From: Phyllosticta citribraziliensis
Taxonomy: Eukaryota
Length of the DNA stretch: 64,000 nucleotides
Direction of reading: 5' to 3'
Assembly (NCBI RefSeq): GCF_038025025.1
Contig: NW_027117346.1
Coordinates: 1,302,001 to 1,366,000, forward strand
Shown: positions 61,172-64,000 of the stretch, one piece after another
Layout of the letters: every line of letters begins with the position of its first letter
Numbering within the stretch: the stretch's first letter is position 1
The notes under the pieces: model-generated
The model's database searches: none
Told to the model about the DNA's origin: nothing
The model's input: only the letters and a program-made list of their open reading frames with translations
Position numbers and translations under genes: made by a program

Positions 61172-63441
61172 AATCAGTTGGATAGGAGCCAAGCTGGCCG
61201 GGATCCGTCGCCCTATTCTGACCTGTCGTCTTCAAGAAGCGATGGGAGATGAGTTGCGATTCGGCCTCGTCGAAAATGAACTTCTCCAGTCTCCAATTCC
61301 TCTTGACCGACCCGCGCTCATTTTCCCACGTGCGAAGTGTGCTAGAGGGCATTGCCGTGGCCTAAGAGCCCTCGGCCCGCTGCAAGATCTCCAATTCTCA
61401 AACGGCGGGTCTGTACCATGGTCAGTCATGAATTTGGTGGTTGGTTGCGAGCGCGCCTGTGACATCAACCCAAGTGCTTTGTATCCATTGGTCCAACCAA
61501 TGCTGCAGTTGGTATGCCGTCTCCCAAGACATATGACTCCCCCACGTCGGTGTTTTTCCACTGTCGATGCCGTCTCGCCGCATCAGCCGGGCCATTGGCT
61601 GCGCGTTGCGACACACCAGAAAGCCCAATGGGTGATGGCGTCGGCAACAGCAGGCCGACAAAGTTTGTCTGGCAAGTCGCAACGGCTGGCCTCCACGAGG
61701 CAAAAAAGCGCAGGGCTGGAGAAGCAGCCGCTTGGGTGGCTGTCTGCGTGCCTAAGGCGCTTGTCGCGGCGCTGAAACAAACCTTGACAGGCACCAATGA
61801 CATCACAACGAGTCGCCTGGGTCGCCAGAGGGAGGAAAGAAGGGTCACGGGAAAGGCAGAAAAAAGTGCGCGGGACACGCGGATCGTGGGTATTTGCGAT
61901 TCAGGCAGGCCGAGGGGGGCAGTGCGAGCGCACATCAGGCGGGGTGGTGGTGGTGATGATGACGAGCTGCGGCTGGGTTGTAGCGTCGCTGTGTGAGCGG
62001 AAAAAGGAGCATGGTGGCAGTGGTCGAGGTCGAGGTTGATTGCATTCTGGCCTAGCGTGAGAGACGACGGTGCGCGGAGAGGTGGTTGTTTTTTTTTTTT
62101 CCAAGAGGCTGGTGGGTCGAGGTGGAAAGATGTTCTAGAATGCGCATCGAAGGCGGGGGAAGGGTCATGGATCGACGAGAGCATGCTTAAACGACGTCGT
62201 ATTTTCACTCGGGGTGGAATTCTAGCGGCATGTGTGGCAGCTCGTGTTTGCGGCCAAGGGACGGAGGCGTGCGGGTGAGAGGAGAGAAAGGAGATTCGAG
62301 ATTCGAGAGAGGAGAGATTGCGCGGTGTGGCAGGCTTTGCGGACATGAGCCTGGTTGGCTGGGCAATTTCTTTGCAGAGGTTGCGATGGATGGATGAGAT
62401 TAAGCATGCCGACGTGGGGACGGCGTCGAGGGTCGTGATTGGACGGTCGCAAGCCACTGGTGGTTATTTTGAGAAGACCTACCTACGCTACAGCTGGTCA
62501 GGCTGCGAGGTCTCGGACTTCACCTCAGCCCTATATTCCAACAGAGTGTTTCTATTCTATTCTGCGCTGTCTCGCCCCAAAGGGATACCGTGTTTGTCGT
62601 TCCGTAACCGTCACGGCGCGGCGTTTGGATTGCGAGAGACGGTGTTTCAGGGATTGTAGAGAAGAGTGGTTCTGTTGTTGTCGTGGGATTGAGGCGTTTC
62701 AAAGGCCGGGAAGCTCGTGGCCGGCGCATCCGCTCGCTTGGGACGGTGGGGCGGCCAAGATTATTTCGCCCACCACTCACTCCATGTCGGCTGCATCTCT
62801 CGACCTGTACAACCACCAAACCCACATACATGTGCTTCCAACACGAACCCGGCGGGACCACGAAAACCAGCGCCCGTGTCCGTCTCTCCATCAAGAGCTG
62901 GCTCATGGCCTCGTCGACTGGACTGGACTGTACGCCGTTGCCCCCCGCCTCTACCTGAAACATGTCCCGCGTCGACCGGTCATGGCTCCCGGACGCCTCA
63001 ACGTCACCCAGCCCAGCCCTGCCGAGTCTCGTGTCGTGCTTGCGTCTGCTCTGCTCGGAGCGCTCCGCCGACATCAAGGGCCTGGCCTGGCCCTGGCCCC
63101 CCGAAGCTTGCTGAGAATTGCGGCCCACCCTCTGCGCGGGGAGCATCCCAGCAAACCAAGGCCGGCCCCTTCATTTGCGTGAGACTGCCACCTCGACAGG
63201 CCTCACTGCACCGCGAACCGTTGCTGCGGCCCTAACTTTCGACTTCTGACCGCTACCCTTTTGTATTGCGGCTCCCCTCTCCTCCTGCTCGTACCAAGCA
63301 CCTTGTCACGACTCGATCCACGCACGCGCTATCTCAACTTTCTTACCCTGTTGGCACTGGAGCCGTCCTATCCTTTCAACATCCTTCCCACCCTTCCGCC
63401 TCCTCCTTCGACCCTACAGCTCTCCCGATCCGCTCCTCCTG

Positions 63442-64000
63442 ATGGCCACAAAGTCCCTGTCACGCTCCAAGTCCATGAACCTGAAGCGCTCCAAGCGCTC
63501 CGACCAAAAAGCCACTGTCCCCGACTTGTCTGCGCCACGCGTCGCCGTCCCTGATGTGAAGCCCCGCCGTGACGCCCGGAACACCAACAACCCTCCTCGA
63601 GATCATCCACACCGTGCAGATAGTGGCACAGCCTCGGGGAACGAATCCGAGCTGCAACGACCAAAGACGGCCACCGCCAAATCCCACCAGGAACCAGCTC
63701 CTCAGGACCACCAAGTTCGCATTGTGCTCAACGCCGACGCTGAGCCCGCAAAAGATCCCACGCCTGCTCCCGCCGCCGTCGTCAAGGACTCTGCCGAAAT
63801 TTTACGCCAGGAAACCAACATGCCCATCGGGATGGCGCTTGGTAGCCCGTCCCACATCACGCCGGGCATGTGGAAGCAATTCAACCCTCCAACGCCCTCC
63901 CAGACTGACTTCACCGCCGAGCAGACTCTGGCACCCGCCGCGCGTCCCATGACGAGCGACGGCGGCAAGAAGAAGTCAAACATCTGGAAGAGTCTGTTTG
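63442..64000 (+). CDS. 5' part of a fungal hypothetical protein running off the window
   Basis: Frame open from ATG 63442 to the window end (MATKSLSRSKSM...PIGMALGSPSH...KKKSNIWKSLF), with C-ending codon bias and a pyrimidine-rich leader. Confidence 0.65.
   Translation, partial: MATKSLSRSKSMNLKRSKRSDQKATVPDLSAPRVAVPDVKPRRDARNTNNPPRDHPHRADSGTASGNESELQRPKTATAKSHQEPAPQDHQVRIVLNADAEPAKDPTPAPAAVVKDSAEILRQETNMPIGMALGSPSHITPGMWKQFNPPTPSQTDFTAEQTLAPAARPMTSDGGKKKSNIWKSLF

Noticed and set aside
1..64000. Transposons, RIP-mutated AT-rich blocks, CRISPR arrays, rRNA
   Set aside because: No transposase/RT motifs, terminal repeats, AT-rich islands or repeat-spacer arrays were seen.

Overview
This is a gene-dense, intron-containing window from a filamentous ascomycete (Pezizomycotina; introns mostly 45-65 nt with CTRAC/CTAAC branch points). 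Most genes are conserved housekeeping genes: intron-containing tRNA-Ala(AGC), CDK11-type kinase, NDUFAF7, a PARP-type zinc-finger protein, a CHZ-motif protein, ATG11, CENP-H, cyclin L, a PIG-Y-domain protein, a Zrg17-like CDF transporter, U2SURP and TOR. Accessory genes include a SAM methyltransferase, an AA16 LPMO-family protein, a fasciclin protein and a HET-domain protein. The main find is a compact candidate isocyanide biosynthetic cluster at ~8.0-15.3 kb. It has an isocyanide synthase (DIT1/PvcA) fused to a TauD/PvcB-type dioxygenase, a divergently transcribed FAD monooxygenase and an MFS transporter, and the shared promoter carries a palindromic GATA element matching the SreA iron-repressor consensus. 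Other signals: a fasciclin gene with two homologous alternative last exons (GPI-anchored vs soluble basic tail), a possible alternative C-terminal exon for ATG11, and 4 of about 32 inferred introns requiring GC donors. All gene models and family calls come from reading motifs by eye; no database searches were run.
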